NCBI GenBank assembly: GCA_964521625.1
Contig: CAZFSM010000003.1
Coordinates: forward strand, 143,801-207,800
DNA: 64,000 bases
Source of the DNA: an uncultured Veillonellaceae bacterium
GTDB lineage: Bacteria > Bacillota > Negativicutes > UBA1444
Direction of reading: 5' to 3'
The notes beneath the pieces were generated by a model. The model worked only from the letters and a program-made list of their open reading frames with translations, made no database searches and was not told the DNA's origin. Of this stretch, positions 1 through 9,803 are shown in pieces. How positions within the stretch are numbered: position 1 is the first letter of the stretch; the number at the start of each line of letters is the position of its first letter. Position numbers and translations under genes: made by a program.

Positions 1-506
1 GGTCGAACAGCGTGCAGTTTTTTGTCGGCAGGCAGTTTTGCCGCATCAGCTGGCAGTTTACGCACAATCAAAGCTTCACCAGGTTGCGATTTTTCAATCG
101 TGATATTAAATAATTTTTCCAACCCGCGCAGATTTACCAGCGATGTCCCCATAATCGGGGTCGCGCTGAGCTGGAAATCGAAACCGTCCTGTATGTATTC
201 GTTCAGTTGGAGAGATTCCATTTCAAACGCAGGTCTTGTCAACGTAACCGTCAACCCGGCCTTTGTGGTTTCGAGACTGACATTGCGCTGCAAATATTCG
301 GTCACCACCAACAGTGGCACCAAGGTTTCGTGCTTGCTGATATAGCCGGTCTGCTGGGTGTGAATCAGTGTTCCATCCTCTTGACGAATTGTTATTGGCA
401 CATAAGGATCGGCGAACTCCTGCGCCGGCGCCGCCAATAACGATTGAGACAGCAAACAACCAACTCCCAGCAAAAGAAACAATGTCACAAAAACAAACTT
501 TTTCAC
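1..506 (-). CDS. hypothetical secreted protein, 3' end beyond window start; GTG start at 506..504
   Basis: Own reverse-strand translation of 1..510 gives an uninterrupted frame from GTG at 506 to the window edge. N-terminus VKKFVFVTLFLLLGVGCLLSQSLLAAPAQE looks like a signal peptide, and AAAGGA lies 8 nt upstream. It is absent from the ORF track because there is no in-window stop. Same frame as the NlpC/P60 gene, 8 codons after its stop. Confidence 0.45.
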   Translation of the reverse strand, partial: MKKFVFVTLFLLLGVGCLLSQSLLAAPAQEFADPYVPITIRQEDGTLIHTQQTGYISKHETLVPLLVVTEYLQRNVSLETTKAGLTVTLTRPAFEMESLQLNEYIQDGFDFQLSATPIMGTSLVNLRGLEKLFNITIEKSQPGEALIVRKLPADAAKLPADKKLHAVR

Positions 507-530
507 AATCTCATCCTTTCTGTTTTCGAA

Positions 531-1211
531 TCAAAATAATCGCCGCGCCCCCAGATAACGTGAGCTCCAATAGGGATCTGCCAGCGATACCACTGCAACA
601 CCTGTACCGGAATTGGCGGCGATAAATTTTCCCTCGCCGACATAAATCCCATCGTGTGAAGCACCGGGTTCATAGGTTTCAAAAAACACCAGATCGCCGG
701 GTTGCAGCTCTGACTGCAAAACCTTGCGCCCCAATTCATACTGCACATCGGCGGTACGCGGCAGGTTAACGCCGATCTGGCGAAACACATACTGGACAAA
801 CCCTGAACAGTCAAACCCCGCCGGCGTCTCGCCGCCCCAGACATAAGGCACGCCGCCGAACCGCATCGCGATATTCAGCAGGCGAGTTACATCTTTTTTG
901 CCATAATTGCCGCCTTTACCATAGTCCATCAGAAAATGCCAGGTAATTTCGTCGACAACTCCGGTCTGGTTCAAACGGGCCTGCTTCTGATAAGTCATTA
1001 CCGCCCGGGAGGTTCGGGCATCAAATTCTCCCGTCGCTTTGGGCACATTGTAGCCGAGGTCGATCAGACGCAGCTGTACTGCTAATACCCGGTCGCTCTG
1101 GTCGCCCTCCCGCGCCGTTGCCGCCTCGACAATCGGCGTATGAGGCGCCGCCACCGCCAAAAACAGCCAAAAACATAAACCCGCAATTGCTCTACTCGTA
1201 AGTCGTTTCAT
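531..1211 (-). CDS. NlpC/P60 family peptidoglycan endopeptidase with N-terminal peptidoglycan-binding domain
   Basis: Track ORF 531..1256. The DCSGFVQYVF catalytic-Cys motif and GIYVGEGKFIAANS tail are typical of NlpC/P60. Upstream is the PG_binding_1-like LAVQLRLIDLGYNV. Likely start is MKRLTS (ATG 1211..1209), giving a signal peptide and overlapping the ybaK stop as ATGA. Confidence 0.8.
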   Translation of the reverse strand: MKRLTSRAIAGLCFWLFLAVAAPHTPIVEAATAREGDQSDRVLAVQLRLIDLGYNVPKATGEFDARTSRAVMTYQKQARLNQTGVVDEITWHFLMDYGKGGNYGKKDVTRLLNIAMRFGGVPYVWGGETPAGFDCSGFVQYVFRQIGVNLPRTADVQYELGRKVLQSELQPGDLVFFETYEPGASHDGIYVGEGKFIAANSGTGVAVVSLADPYWSSRYLGARRLF

Positions 1212-1708
1212 TCGTTCCCTTCCCCAATTTCGCCGACAACCCTGCCAATATCGCAAACCCCTGCGCCTGTAGCCTTCACCAAATCATCGGGGCGCAGAAA
1301 AATTTGCATCCCCCGCAAGCCCGCACTGATCGAGATGATTGACTGTGTTAGCGCAGAACGGTCCAGATAAACCGGATAATTCTTTTTGGCGCCTAATGGT
1401 GATACGCCACCCCGGATATAACCGGTCAATGGCAGCACTTCATTTAAGTGTACCATTTCAACTTTTTTATTGCCACTAGCCGACGCTAATGCTTTTAAAT
1501 CGATTTCCGCCTCGCCGGACACGATTCCCATAATCACGCCTGTTTTATCGCCTCTGGCCACCAAAGTCTTAAACACCTGCCCCGGAGGCAGACCTACTTT
1601 ATACGCCACATTGGCAGCGCTCAGGTCGGTTTCATCCACCGGATATTCTTTGATTTCATAGGCAATTTTCAGTTTGTCGAGCAAACGGGCAGCATTTGTC
1701 TTCTTCAT
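1208..1708 (-). CDS. ybaK: Cys-tRNA(Pro)/Cys-tRNA(Cys) deacylase YbaK
   Basis: 166 aa with a YbaK/ProX deacylase-like sequence throughout, including the GGVSPLG motif. Confidence 0.75.
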   Translation of the reverse strand: MKKTNAARLLDKLKIAYEIKEYPVDETDLSAANVAYKVGLPPGQVFKTLVARGDKTGVIMGIVSGEAEIDLKALASASGNKKVEMVHLNEVLPLTGYIRGGVSPLGAKKNYPVYLDRSALTQSIISISAGLRGMQIFLRPDDLVKATGAGVCDIGRVVGEIGEGNE

Positions 1709-1804
1709 AATGAATGATAATTCTTGATAGCCATTGCAAAGACCTGCCTGGATTTTGCAGCGGACCAGCAGGAAAGCCGGCTTTTTTTGTGCAATAATAC
1801 ATAT

Positions 1805-2728
1805 ATGGATAATAAACTGCTTTCATCCTGCCAGCTTTGCCCACGCCAGTGCGGCGTCAACCGCCTCGCCGGCGAAACCGGATTCTGCCGCGCCGGGCTA
1901 CTCCCCCGCGTTGCGTTGGCTTCGCTGCATCACTGGGAAGAACCCTGCATTTCCGGCGAGCGTGGTTCAGGCACTGTGTTTTTCGCTGGTTGCAACCTTG
2001 CCTGCAGCTATTGTCAAAACCATCGAATCAGCCAGCAAGATCATGGCGCGTCAGTTTCCCTGGAACGCTTGGCAAAAATCTTTTTGACCCAGCAGACAAG
2101 CGGCGCCCACAATCTGAATCTGGTCACGCCCACGCCCTACGCGCCGCAGATCATTGCCGCACTGGACCTGGCCCGCCAGTCTGGCTTTTCATTGCCGGTC
2201 GTCTATAATACTTCAGCCTACGAATCAGCCGAAACCATTCACGCACTGCAAGGCTGGGTGGATATCTATTTGCCGGACCTGAAATACTGTTCGGATGAAC
2301 TTGCAGTCAGCCTATCCGGTGCGCCGGACTATTTTTACCACGCAATGAACGCTATCGGGCTGATGCAGGCACAAGTCGGCGACTGTGAGTTCGATGAATC
2401 AGGCTTGTTGAAGCGCGGCGTGCTAATCCGCCACCTGGCTCTGCCCGGTCAGGCTGAAGATTCGCGGCGGATACTGGCAGCGATTCGCGAACGATTTGGC
2501 AGTGAGACCTGGTTCAGTTTAATGAATCAGTACACGCCGCCGGCTTCACCGCAGACTTTACCAGAGCTGCATCGTCAGCTGAGCGCAGCCGAGTATGATA
2601 CGCTTATCAAATATGCCTTGTCATTGGGACTGGAAAACGGTTTTGTACAAGATGACGGTAGCGCCAGCGAAAAATTCATCCCCGACTTCAATCTTGACGG
2701 AGTAGCAAAAAAAGGAGCGTTGCCATGA
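1805..2728 (+). CDS. radical SAM protein, PflX-like (pyruvate formate-lyase activating enzyme homolog)
   Basis: CNLACSYCQN radical-SAM CxxxCxxC motif. The long track N-terminus (from 1724) is probably an artefact. The internal start MDNKLLSSCQLCPRQCGVNR at 1805 gives the typical PflX N-terminal Cys cluster. Confidence 0.7.
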   Translation: MDNKLLSSCQLCPRQCGVNRLAGETGFCRAGLLPRVALASLHHWEEPCISGERGSGTVFFAGCNLACSYCQNHRISQQDHGASVSLERLAKIFLTQQTSGAHNLNLVTPTPYAPQIIAALDLARQSGFSLPVVYNTSAYESAETIHALQGWVDIYLPDLKYCSDELAVSLSGAPDYFYHAMNAIGLMQAQVGDCEFDESGLLKRGVLIRHLALPGQAEDSRRILAAIRERFGSETWFSLMNQYTPPASPQTLPELHRQLSAAEYDTLIKYALSLGLENGFVQDDGSASEKFIPDFNLDGVAKKGALP

Positions 2729-2913
2729 CCCAGCACCCGCCACGAATTTCCTGCCAAAAGTGCAAGTTTTTTTACGTCACATGGGACCGTTCCTTTCCTT
2801 ATGGCTGCAAAGCCATGGGGTTCAAAGGAAAAACTATGCCCTATCTAATGGTGTTTCAGGCCTCAGGCAAACCCTGCATGGCTTATGAAGAAAGGGAACC
2901 CGCGCCGAAATAA
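2725..2913 (+). CDS. small Cys-rich hypothetical protein (possible zinc-ribbon), translationally coupled to the radical SAM gene
   Basis: ATGA overlap with the upstream stop. Contains four Cys (CQKC...C...C). Confidence 0.35.
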   Translation: MTQHPPRISCQKCKFFYVTWDRSFPYGCKAMGFKGKTMPYLMVFQASGKPCMAYEEREPAPK

Positions 2914-2950
2914 GCAAGCTCAGGCAGACTGTGTAGGGCAACACTGAATA

Positions 2951-2996
2951 ATTCCGAGCATTGTTGTTTTTTACCTAAATTCGTATCGTCATGCAG
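2951..2996 (+). terminator. putative rho-independent terminator
   Basis: CAACACTG...CATTGTTG stem with one mismatch, followed by TTTTTT. Confidence 0.4.
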
Positions 2997-3209
2997 CAAC
3001 CACGTATCGGACTAAAAAGCTCCATCCGTCGCATTAGTCCTAAAATCAACTTCCTTGTTGATTTTCTTGCAAATTATCGCTGCATTACGACGAATTATAC
3101 GGCTCAAATCAAATATTCTCTTCATTATTTCAGTGTTGCCTCGCGTTTTCGTGATTAAATCAGCGTTTTCCAGAAATAATACACTTGTAAAATCAATAGG
3201 AGGTCTCTT

Positions 3210-4826
3210 ATGAAATTCTTTTTCACGTTCCTGTTTTTACTGTCGATCTGCGCTGCTACGCTATCTAGCGGAGCATTTGCCGCCACCGCCCCCTATTACA
3301 TCAACGGGCAACCGGCGCAGGGGAATTCCGAGGAATCCCTGAACGACGTCAAACAAATCACCGCCTGTGATTCCCTGACCGGTTACCAGCGTTTCACCGA
3401 TCATCCGCGCGGTTATTCTGTCTGTGTTCCTGCCGGTCTGGCGCCGGATTTTTCCCTGTCGGCGGTTCGTAGCCGCTTTGCCGACGGGCCGACGCAAATC
3501 GAATTTTACTATGACGATTTCAGTAACTCGATCTCCCACCCCACGGCCTACATGGTGTACGCGAACCGCTTCCTGCCGGATAGCCGGCGGCACGCGATCC
3601 AGCTGCAGGAAACATTCAATTGGAATGGTTTCACTGTCAACCGGATCAAGTGGACCCGCAGCCCGCTGGCGTCCTTGAAAGAAGACCGCAACCATTATGC
3701 CAGCCTGGAACTGTTGCGCTACCCGCAAGAGGCCTATACCATCCTGATTAAATCAGCCCTGCCGATCGATAACGATCTGGATATTCTGCGCAGCTTTCGC
3801 CTGGTCGAGCGGCGCGGTTCGCCAGGCGTCTTTCGCCAGGTGAAGCCGGCGCTTACCAAACTCAACCGGGAAACCCGCGAGTTCCGCGACCGTTATTTCG
3901 GCCCGGACAGCCCCTTGCGTTTCGGCCTGTTCGATTCAGACGCACCGGAACGACTGCGTGGCATCCGTGAACTGGAGTCGCGCCTGAATTATAAATTTTC
4001 GGTCGTGCTGCGCTATCAGACGCTGGATGAAGTCGCGGCCATCCCCGGACTCAAAATCGCCTACGAAGATGGACGTTATACCGAACTCACCCTCCACACC
4101 ATCCACGCCGATGCAGTCAACGCACTTTATGCCGGGGGCGTGCGGGGCAATCAAGACATCGTGTATAATATACTCGACGGAAAATACGACGGCTATTTCC
4201 GCGAATACGCCCAGGCGCTGAAAGACTTTGGCCACCCGGTACTGTTTCGTCTGAACAACGAAATGAACGGCGACTGGTGCTGGTATTCGGCGATGTATGC
4301 CGGCAAGGACACCGATATTTATAAAGCGCTGTGGCGGCACATCCACCGGCTGTTTGATGAAGTCGGCGTCGATAATGTGTTATGGGTCTGGAACCCGCAT
4401 GATGTATCGCTGCCGGATTTCAAATGGAACCACCCGCTGATGTACTATCCGGGCGATGACGTCGTCGATATCATCGGCATCACCGGCTACAACACAGGCA
4501 CTTACTTTCCCGGCGAAAAATGGCGCAGTTTCCATGATATTTACAAGCCGATCGATGTTGACTACAGCGACTGGTTTGACAAGCCGTTCATGATCACCGA
4601 GTTCGGTTCCAATTCCGTCGGCGGCGACAAAACGGCCTGGATCAGGCAAATGTTCCAGGAGCTGCCTGCCTACCCGCGGATTAAAGTTGCCGTCTGGTGG
4701 AGCGGCATCGATCTTGACACAGCGGGAAATCCTGGTCGGATTTATCTGCTTGACCAGACCGCCGACACCGCGGAGGCGTTCCGACAAGGATTGCAACAAT
4801 TACAACTACAACAAAAAAAGAAATAG
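3210..4826 (+). CDS. secreted glycoside hydrolase family 26-like protein (beta-mannanase-like catalytic domain) with N-terminal uncharacterised domain
   Basis: Signal peptide MKFFFTFLFLLSICAATLSSGAFA. AGGAGG RBS. C-terminal FRLNNEMNGDW (GH26 R-x-x-x-E-M-N acid/base-like) and MITEFGS (nucleophile-like) motifs. Confidence 0.5.
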   Translation: MKFFFTFLFLLSICAATLSSGAFAATAPYYINGQPAQGNSEESLNDVKQITACDSLTGYQRFTDHPRGYSVCVPAGLAPDFSLSAVRSRFADGPTQIEFYYDDFSNSISHPTAYMVYANRFLPDSRRHAIQLQETFNWNGFTVNRIKWTRSPLASLKEDRNHYASLELLRYPQEAYTILIKSALPIDNDLDILRSFRLVERRGSPGVFRQVKPALTKLNRETREFRDRYFGPDSPLRFGLFDSDAPERLRGIRELESRLNYKFSVVLRYQTLDEVAAIPGLKIAYEDGRYTELTLHTIHADAVNALYAGGVRGNQDIVYNILDGKYDGYFREYAQALKDFGHPVLFRLNNEMNGDWCWYSAMYAGKDTDIYKALWRHIHRLFDEVGVDNVLWVWNPHDVSLPDFKWNHPLMYYPGDDVVDIIGITGYNTGTYFPGEKWRSFHDIYKPIDVDYSDWFDKPFMITEFGSNSVGGDKTAWIRQMFQELPAYPRIKVAVWWSGIDLDTAGNPGRIYLLDQTADTAEAFRQGLQQLQLQQKKK

Positions 4827-4841
4827 AGGAGGCTGTCCCTA

Positions 4842-5738
4842 ATGTCCAAACTGGTTGAATGTGTCCCCAATTTTAGTGAAGGCCGGCGCCCGGAAGTCAT
4901 CGAAGCAATTGCCGACGAAGTCCGCAATGTCCCTGGCGTCAAACTGCTCGATGTGAAAGCCGACGCCAGCCACAATCGGGTGGTAGTGACTTTTGTCGGC
5001 GAACCCCAGGCGGTCAAGCAAGCCGCTTTTAATTGCTGCAAAAAAGCTGCCGAATTAATCGATATGGAAAAGCAGCACGGTGAACATCCACGCATCGGCG
5101 CTACCGACGTGATTCCCTTCATCCCGGTCAAAAACATGTCAATGGAAGAATGCGTTCAACTGGCCGATGAACTGGCTCAGGAAATTGCAACAAAACTGAA
5201 CATCCCCGTCTACCTATATGAAGAAGCGGCAAAGATTCCCGGCCGCAAAGCGTTGCCGGATATCCGTAAGGGCCAGTATGAAGGTCTGAAAACTGAAATC
5301 AGCAAACCGGAACGTCGCCCCGACTACGGCCCCGCTCAAATGCACCCGACTGCCGGCGCTACCGTCGTCGGCGCCCGTCAGTTCCTGATTGCCTACAATA
5401 TCAATCTGGATACCAGCGATGTCAGTATCGCCAAAAAGATCGCCAACTGCATCCGTGAAGCCAAGGGCGGCTATAAATATGTCCGGGCCATGGGTGTGAC
5501 CGTTCAGATTGGCGACCGGGATATCGCCCAGGTCACGATTAACATGGTCAATTATCAGGGGACGCCGCTGTTTCGGGTATTTGAAACTGTGAAATCGGAA
5601 GCGGCCCGTTATGGCGTAAATGTAATTGGCAGCGAAATCATCGGCCTATCGCCGATGCAGGCGTTGCTTGACGTAGCTGAGTTTTATCTGCGGCTCGATG
5701 GGTTCGACCGCAAACAGGTATTGGAGGACAATCTGTGA
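4842..5738 (+). CDS. ftcD: glutamate formimidoyltransferase (FtcD N-terminal domain homolog)
   Basis: MSKLVECVPNFSEGR N-terminus is characteristic of the formiminotransferase domain. 298 aa. Confidence 0.8.
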   Translation: MSKLVECVPNFSEGRRPEVIEAIADEVRNVPGVKLLDVKADASHNRVVVTFVGEPQAVKQAAFNCCKKAAELIDMEKQHGEHPRIGATDVIPFIPVKNMSMEECVQLADELAQEIATKLNIPVYLYEEAAKIPGRKALPDIRKGQYEGLKTEISKPERRPDYGPAQMHPTAGATVVGARQFLIAYNINLDTSDVSIAKKIANCIREAKGGYKYVRAMGVTVQIGDRDIAQVTINMVNYQGTPLFRVFETVKSEAARYGVNVIGSEIIGLSPMQALLDVAEFYLRLDGFDRKQVLEDNL

Positions 5739-6364
5739 TGTTGATGGAAAAAACCGTCCGCTCGTTTGTGACCGAACTGGCTTCCGATTCGCCGGCGCCG
5801 GGCGGCGGCAGTGCAGCAGCTCTGGCCGGTAGCCTTGGCGCGGCCTTGACTACAATGGTCTGCAACTTGTCGCTGGATGAAGAAAAGTTCAAACAGGTTC
5901 TGCCGGAGATTCAGGCAATTCGCAGCGAATCTGCCGCCTTGATGGAAAAGCTGATACTGGCGGTCGATGCAGATGCCCAGGCCTTCAACGAGGTGATGGA
6001 CGCCTATAAACTGCCCAAGACCAGTGACGAGGACAAAGCCAAACGACTGTCAACCATCCAGCAGTCAATGAAAAAAGCGGCTCTATTGCCGCTGGGTGTA
6101 GCGGGTGATTGTCTGGAGGCCCTCAAGCTAGCGCACCGCATCCTGCCGATCGGCAACGCCAATGCCGCCAGCGATGCTGCGGTATCCGGCCTGATGGCCT
6201 ATGCCGCGATTCAGGGAGCTTTGTACAATGTCAAAATCAACCTTGGTTTTATCAAAGACGTTGAGTTTTGCAATGAAACCCGAAAACAGATAGCCATAAT
6301 CACCACAGCGGCAAATATAGAAAATACCGCCCTGACAGCGGCCGCAGGAGAGATTTTCCCCTAA
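5735..6364 (+). CDS. formimidoyltetrahydrofolate cyclodeaminase / methenyl-THF cyclohydrolase family protein
   Basis: PAPGGGSAAALAGSLGAAL motif of the FTCD_C cyclodeaminase family. ATGA-coupled to the formiminotransferase gene. Confidence 0.75.
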   Translation: MMLMEKTVRSFVTELASDSPAPGGGSAAALAGSLGAALTTMVCNLSLDEEKFKQVLPEIQAIRSESAALMEKLILAVDADAQAFNEVMDAYKLPKTSDEDKAKRLSTIQQSMKKAALLPLGVAGDCLEALKLAHRILPIGNANAASDAAVSGLMAYAAIQGALYNVKINLGFIKDVEFCNETRKQIAIITTAANIENTALTAAAGEIFP

Positions 6365-6417
6365 ATCCTAAATAAAATCTCCAGTTCAAGTCGGTCAAGT
6401 CACCTCCGAACAAACAA

Positions 6418-6476
6418 AAAAAGCCGAATCAAGTTGCCACGCAGCGAAAGCTGCAGCGGAACTAGGTTCGGCTTTT
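6418..6476. terminator. bidirectional hairpin between convergent genes
   Basis: AAAAAAGCCGAA...TTCGGCTTTTAAAA inverted repeat with flanking A and T runs. Confidence 0.4.
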
Positions 6477-6483
6477 AAAATGA

Positions 6484-9400
6484 CTAATTTACTCTTTGTT
6501 TTTTCAGCCATTGGAGAAACTGATCCTCCGGCAACGGTCTGCTGATCCAATAACCCTGAACCATGTCGCAATGGCGCCCGGCAAGCACCTGCCACTGCGA
6601 TTCGGTTTCCACGCCTTCAGCCACAACCTGTAGTCCCAGTTCGTGGGCCAGTTCGATTATCGCGCCCAGAATTGCAGTACTGCCGTCCTCACCGGTTGCG
6701 TCATCGATAAACGACTTGTCGATTTTTACCACCTGGATTGGCAACCGCTTCAGATAAGTCAGCGATGAATAGCCAGTGCCGAAATCATCAAGAGCCACCC
6801 TAACTCCTAGCTCACGCAATTCCTGCAATTTTCTCGTACACAACTCAAAAGATTCCACCAGAGAGGTTTCCGTGATTTCCAGCTCCAATGCCTGCGGTGA
6901 TAGCTGTGTTTCCTGCAGCACGCAACGGACTTGGTCAACAAAGTTGTCACGAACCAATTGACGGGCCGATATATTTACTGAAACAAACAAGACATCCTCT
7001 TCCTGTCGCCGCAACGATCTGGCAAAAACACAGGCTGAACGCAACACCCACTCGCCAATCGGGATTATCAAACCGGTCTCCTCGGTCAGTGGAATGAAGT
7101 CCGCCGGTGACACCCGCCCCTGCTCAGGATTATCCCAACGCAACAAAGCTTCCATACCAACAACCTGTTCAGTTGTATTGACAATTGGTTGGTAATGCAA
7201 TGCAAATTCTTTATTTTCCAATGCAAACCGCAAATTATGCTCCATTTGCAGCTTGCGCAATGTGGTTTCGTGCATGGCCGCATCATAATACTTCCATGCA
7301 TTTTTGCCAGTTCGTTTTACGGCATGCATGGCGGTATCGGCACAACGCAGCAGATCGCCCGGCAGTATGCCATTGTCCGGATAACGGGAAATGCCGATAC
7401 TGGCAGAAAGCAAAAATCTCTGCCCACATTCCTCAAATGGCTGAGCGAACAAAGCGAGAATCCGCTCGGCAAAACTATCCACCTGCAAGTCCCGTTTAAG
7501 CAGAATGACGAATTCGTCACCGCCAAGCCTTGCCAACACCGAGGCACTGTCCACCACACCTGTCAGCCGTCGGCTCACTTCTTTCAAAAGTTCATCGCCG
7601 CAGGCGTGTCCGAACGAATCATTGATGTTCTTGAAGTTATCGATATTCACAAACAACACGGATCCGCCCCGCATCAGGGAGACACTATCCTGCAGCTGTT
7701 CTTGCAACGCTTCGAGAAACCGGGTCCGGTTGGCTAAGCCAGTCAAGGCATCGCTGTAGGCCAGCTGACGGATTTTGGCTTCGCGCAATTTCATTTCGGT
7801 AACATCCGTCAACGAACCTAGAATACGGATTGGCTGCTGCTGCTCGTCCAGCACCGCCTTGCCACGACTCAATACCCAAAAATAGCTTCCCTCTTTTGTT
7901 TTTAGCCGATACTCGGTCATGTAATATTCGGCGTGACCGGAAAGGTGATCCTCCAAGGCCTTGAACCGCTGCTCCCGGTCTTCCGGGTGAACCACAGCAT
8001 TAAAACTGGCAATGTTGATTCCCTCACTGCCAAATGAGAAACCCAGTCGCTCTTCCCAACGGTCAGACCATTGGACTTTTCCGGTCCGCAAATCCCAGTC
8101 ATAAATTACGTCGTTGACCGCATCCAGTGCCAGACGAAAACGCGCTTCACTTGCGGCCAGTTTCTGCTGGCTCTCTTCCAGTTCCGTTACTTTTTGCCGC
8201 AATGCCGCTTCCGAAACCGACAACTTCGAATACAACACCGATAATTCCTCGGTATGAGCCTGCAACTGTTCATGCTGATCCTGCAGTCGTTGATGCGCCG
8301 CCTCCAACGCCCGGTTAGTCGCTCGTTTTTCCGTCAAATCACGGACCATGATCATAACTTCGTCTTTTGTCATCGGCACGACCCGGCTCTCACGAAACGC
8401 GATTTCACCATTAATTTCAAGTTCGTATTCGAGAGTTTGCATTGACTGCGTTGCCAACGCGGCCTCGATCAACTGCATAAACCGATCGGCCAGTTCGGCG
8501 GGAATTGACTGGTAAATGCTCTGCCCGGTCCGCTCCGCATGAAGATTGAATTTGTCTGTTCCCTGCGGGATATAAATATCCCGATATATTCCTTCCCGGC
8601 TAATTCGCACGATCATATCCGGCGCTGACGTAAGCAGCGCTTTTGCCTTAGCCTCACTGGACAGCAACTCTTCGCCCTGGGCAATCAGTTCTTCATTTTG
8701 CGCTGTCAGTTGTTCATAGGCCGCCTGCAGTTCCATGTTCTGGTCGGCGATGGTCGCCGTCGCTGCAGCAATCCTAAGCTGCAGCCAACGCACGAAAAGG
8801 AATGCAAGCAACATAATCAGACCGGCAATACCCATCCCGACCGCTGCATACAGCGTCAGTTCCTGACGCGTCAAACCCCAAAGTGTCTGCGTTTCTCCCA
8901 GCCACTTATCTTTGATTCTCTGCAGTTCGCCGCTATGCTGCAACCGCCCCAGCGCCTGGTCGAGTATCCTCATCAGTTCCGGTTCGTCGGGATGGACCGC
9001 TATGGCAAACGGATTAATAAACAAACTTTCCCCATTGGTCTTAACCAATTTTTCCAAATCAATCTGCCGCAGCCAATACTTGCCAGCATAATAGTTAGCC
9101 GCCGCCGCATCGACTTTGCGATCTGCCACGGCCTGCAGCAATTCACGCTGGCTGTCAAACTCATAAAAGTTCAGATTCGGTCTGACCTTGCGGAGTAATT
9201 GACCCGCCACCTCGCCTTTTTGAACACCCACCCGCCTGTCGCGTAAATCATCGAAACCAATGATGTGAAAACTATCCACTGGAACAAATAAAACAACCCG
9301 GTCTTCAAAATAAGGCCGGGTAAATAAAAATTCCTGTTTGCGTTCCTCAGTAACGTTCATCCCTGGAATAATCTCGACCTGCCGGTTACGCAGCTTTTTC

Positions 9401-9666
9401 ACCGCATCATCCCAGCTGCCGAGAGACCATTCCACCCGCAGGCCCGTCTCCCGCTCCAGTGCCCGGATCAGGTCGGCTTCCATACCATCAGCTTCGCCTT
9501 TTGCATTGCGCATGATCTGCGGAGGATAGGCGGCATCATCGGCAGCCCGTATTGTCCTTGGCGCCGCCATGGCGAAGGAATTTACCATTATTAATAGAAA
9601 CGCAATCCCGACTATTCTTATCGAGAAAAACAAACTCTGTCTTTGCCACACGAGCTTTACCCTCAT
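6484..9666 (-). CDS. membrane sensor protein: periplasmic SBP_bac_3 domain + TM + coiled-coil/PAS domains + GGDEF + EAL (c-di-GMP cyclase/phosphodiesterase)
   Basis: 1060 aa. N-terminal solute-binding-protein family 3-like region, then hydrophobic helix. GGDEFVILL and RxGGDEF context present. EAL domain (QPIVNTTEQVVGMEALLRW...DDFGTGYSSL) present. Confidence 0.85.
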   Translation of the reverse strand: MRVKLVWQRQSLFFSIRIVGIAFLLIMVNSFAMAAPRTIRAADDAAYPPQIMRNAKGEADGMEADLIRALERETGLRVEWSLGSWDDAVKKLRNRQVEIIPGMNVTEERKQEFLFTRPYFEDRVVLFVPVDSFHIIGFDDLRDRRVGVQKGEVAGQLLRKVRPNLNFYEFDSQRELLQAVADRKVDAAAANYYAGKYWLRQIDLEKLVKTNGESLFINPFAIAVHPDEPELMRILDQALGRLQHSGELQRIKDKWLGETQTLWGLTRQELTLYAAVGMGIAGLIMLLAFLFVRWLQLRIAAATATIADQNMELQAAYEQLTAQNEELIAQGEELLSSEAKAKALLTSAPDMIVRISREGIYRDIYIPQGTDKFNLHAERTGQSIYQSIPAELADRFMQLIEAALATQSMQTLEYELEINGEIAFRESRVVPMTKDEVMIMVRDLTEKRATNRALEAAHQRLQDQHEQLQAHTEELSVLYSKLSVSEAALRQKVTELEESQQKLAASEARFRLALDAVNDVIYDWDLRTGKVQWSDRWEERLGFSFGSEGINIASFNAVVHPEDREQRFKALEDHLSGHAEYYMTEYRLKTKEGSYFWVLSRGKAVLDEQQQPIRILGSLTDVTEMKLREAKIRQLAYSDALTGLANRTRFLEALQEQLQDSVSLMRGGSVLFVNIDNFKNINDSFGHACGDELLKEVSRRLTGVVDSASVLARLGGDEFVILLKRDLQVDSFAERILALFAQPFEECGQRFLLSASIGISRYPDNGILPGDLLRCADTAMHAVKRTGKNAWKYYDAAMHETTLRKLQMEHNLRFALENKEFALHYQPIVNTTEQVVGMEALLRWDNPEQGRVSPADFIPLTEETGLIIPIGEWVLRSACVFARSLRRQEEDVLFVSVNISARQLVRDNFVDQVRCVLQETQLSPQALELEITETSLVESFELCTRKLQELRELGVRVALDDFGTGYSSLTYLKRLPIQVVKIDKSFIDDATGEDGSTAILGAIIELAHELGLQVVAEGVETESQWQVLAGRHCDMVQGYWISRPLPEDQFLQWLKKQRVN

Positions 9667-9727
9667 CGCAACAGCTATAGATATCCGATCTCTGTTATCA
9701 TAATATCAGTTTTTACCTGATTCTGCA

Positions 9728-9775
9728 AAAAAAAAACAGTAACCGACCTCTATGCTTTCGGGCCGATTACTGTCA
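9728..9775 (-). terminator. rho-independent terminator
   Basis: Minus-strand ACAGTAATCGGCC...GGTCGGTTACTGT stem followed by T10. Confidence 0.5.
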
Positions 9776-9803
9776 TTATTTCAGTGCGGATAGATACCCG
9801 TTG

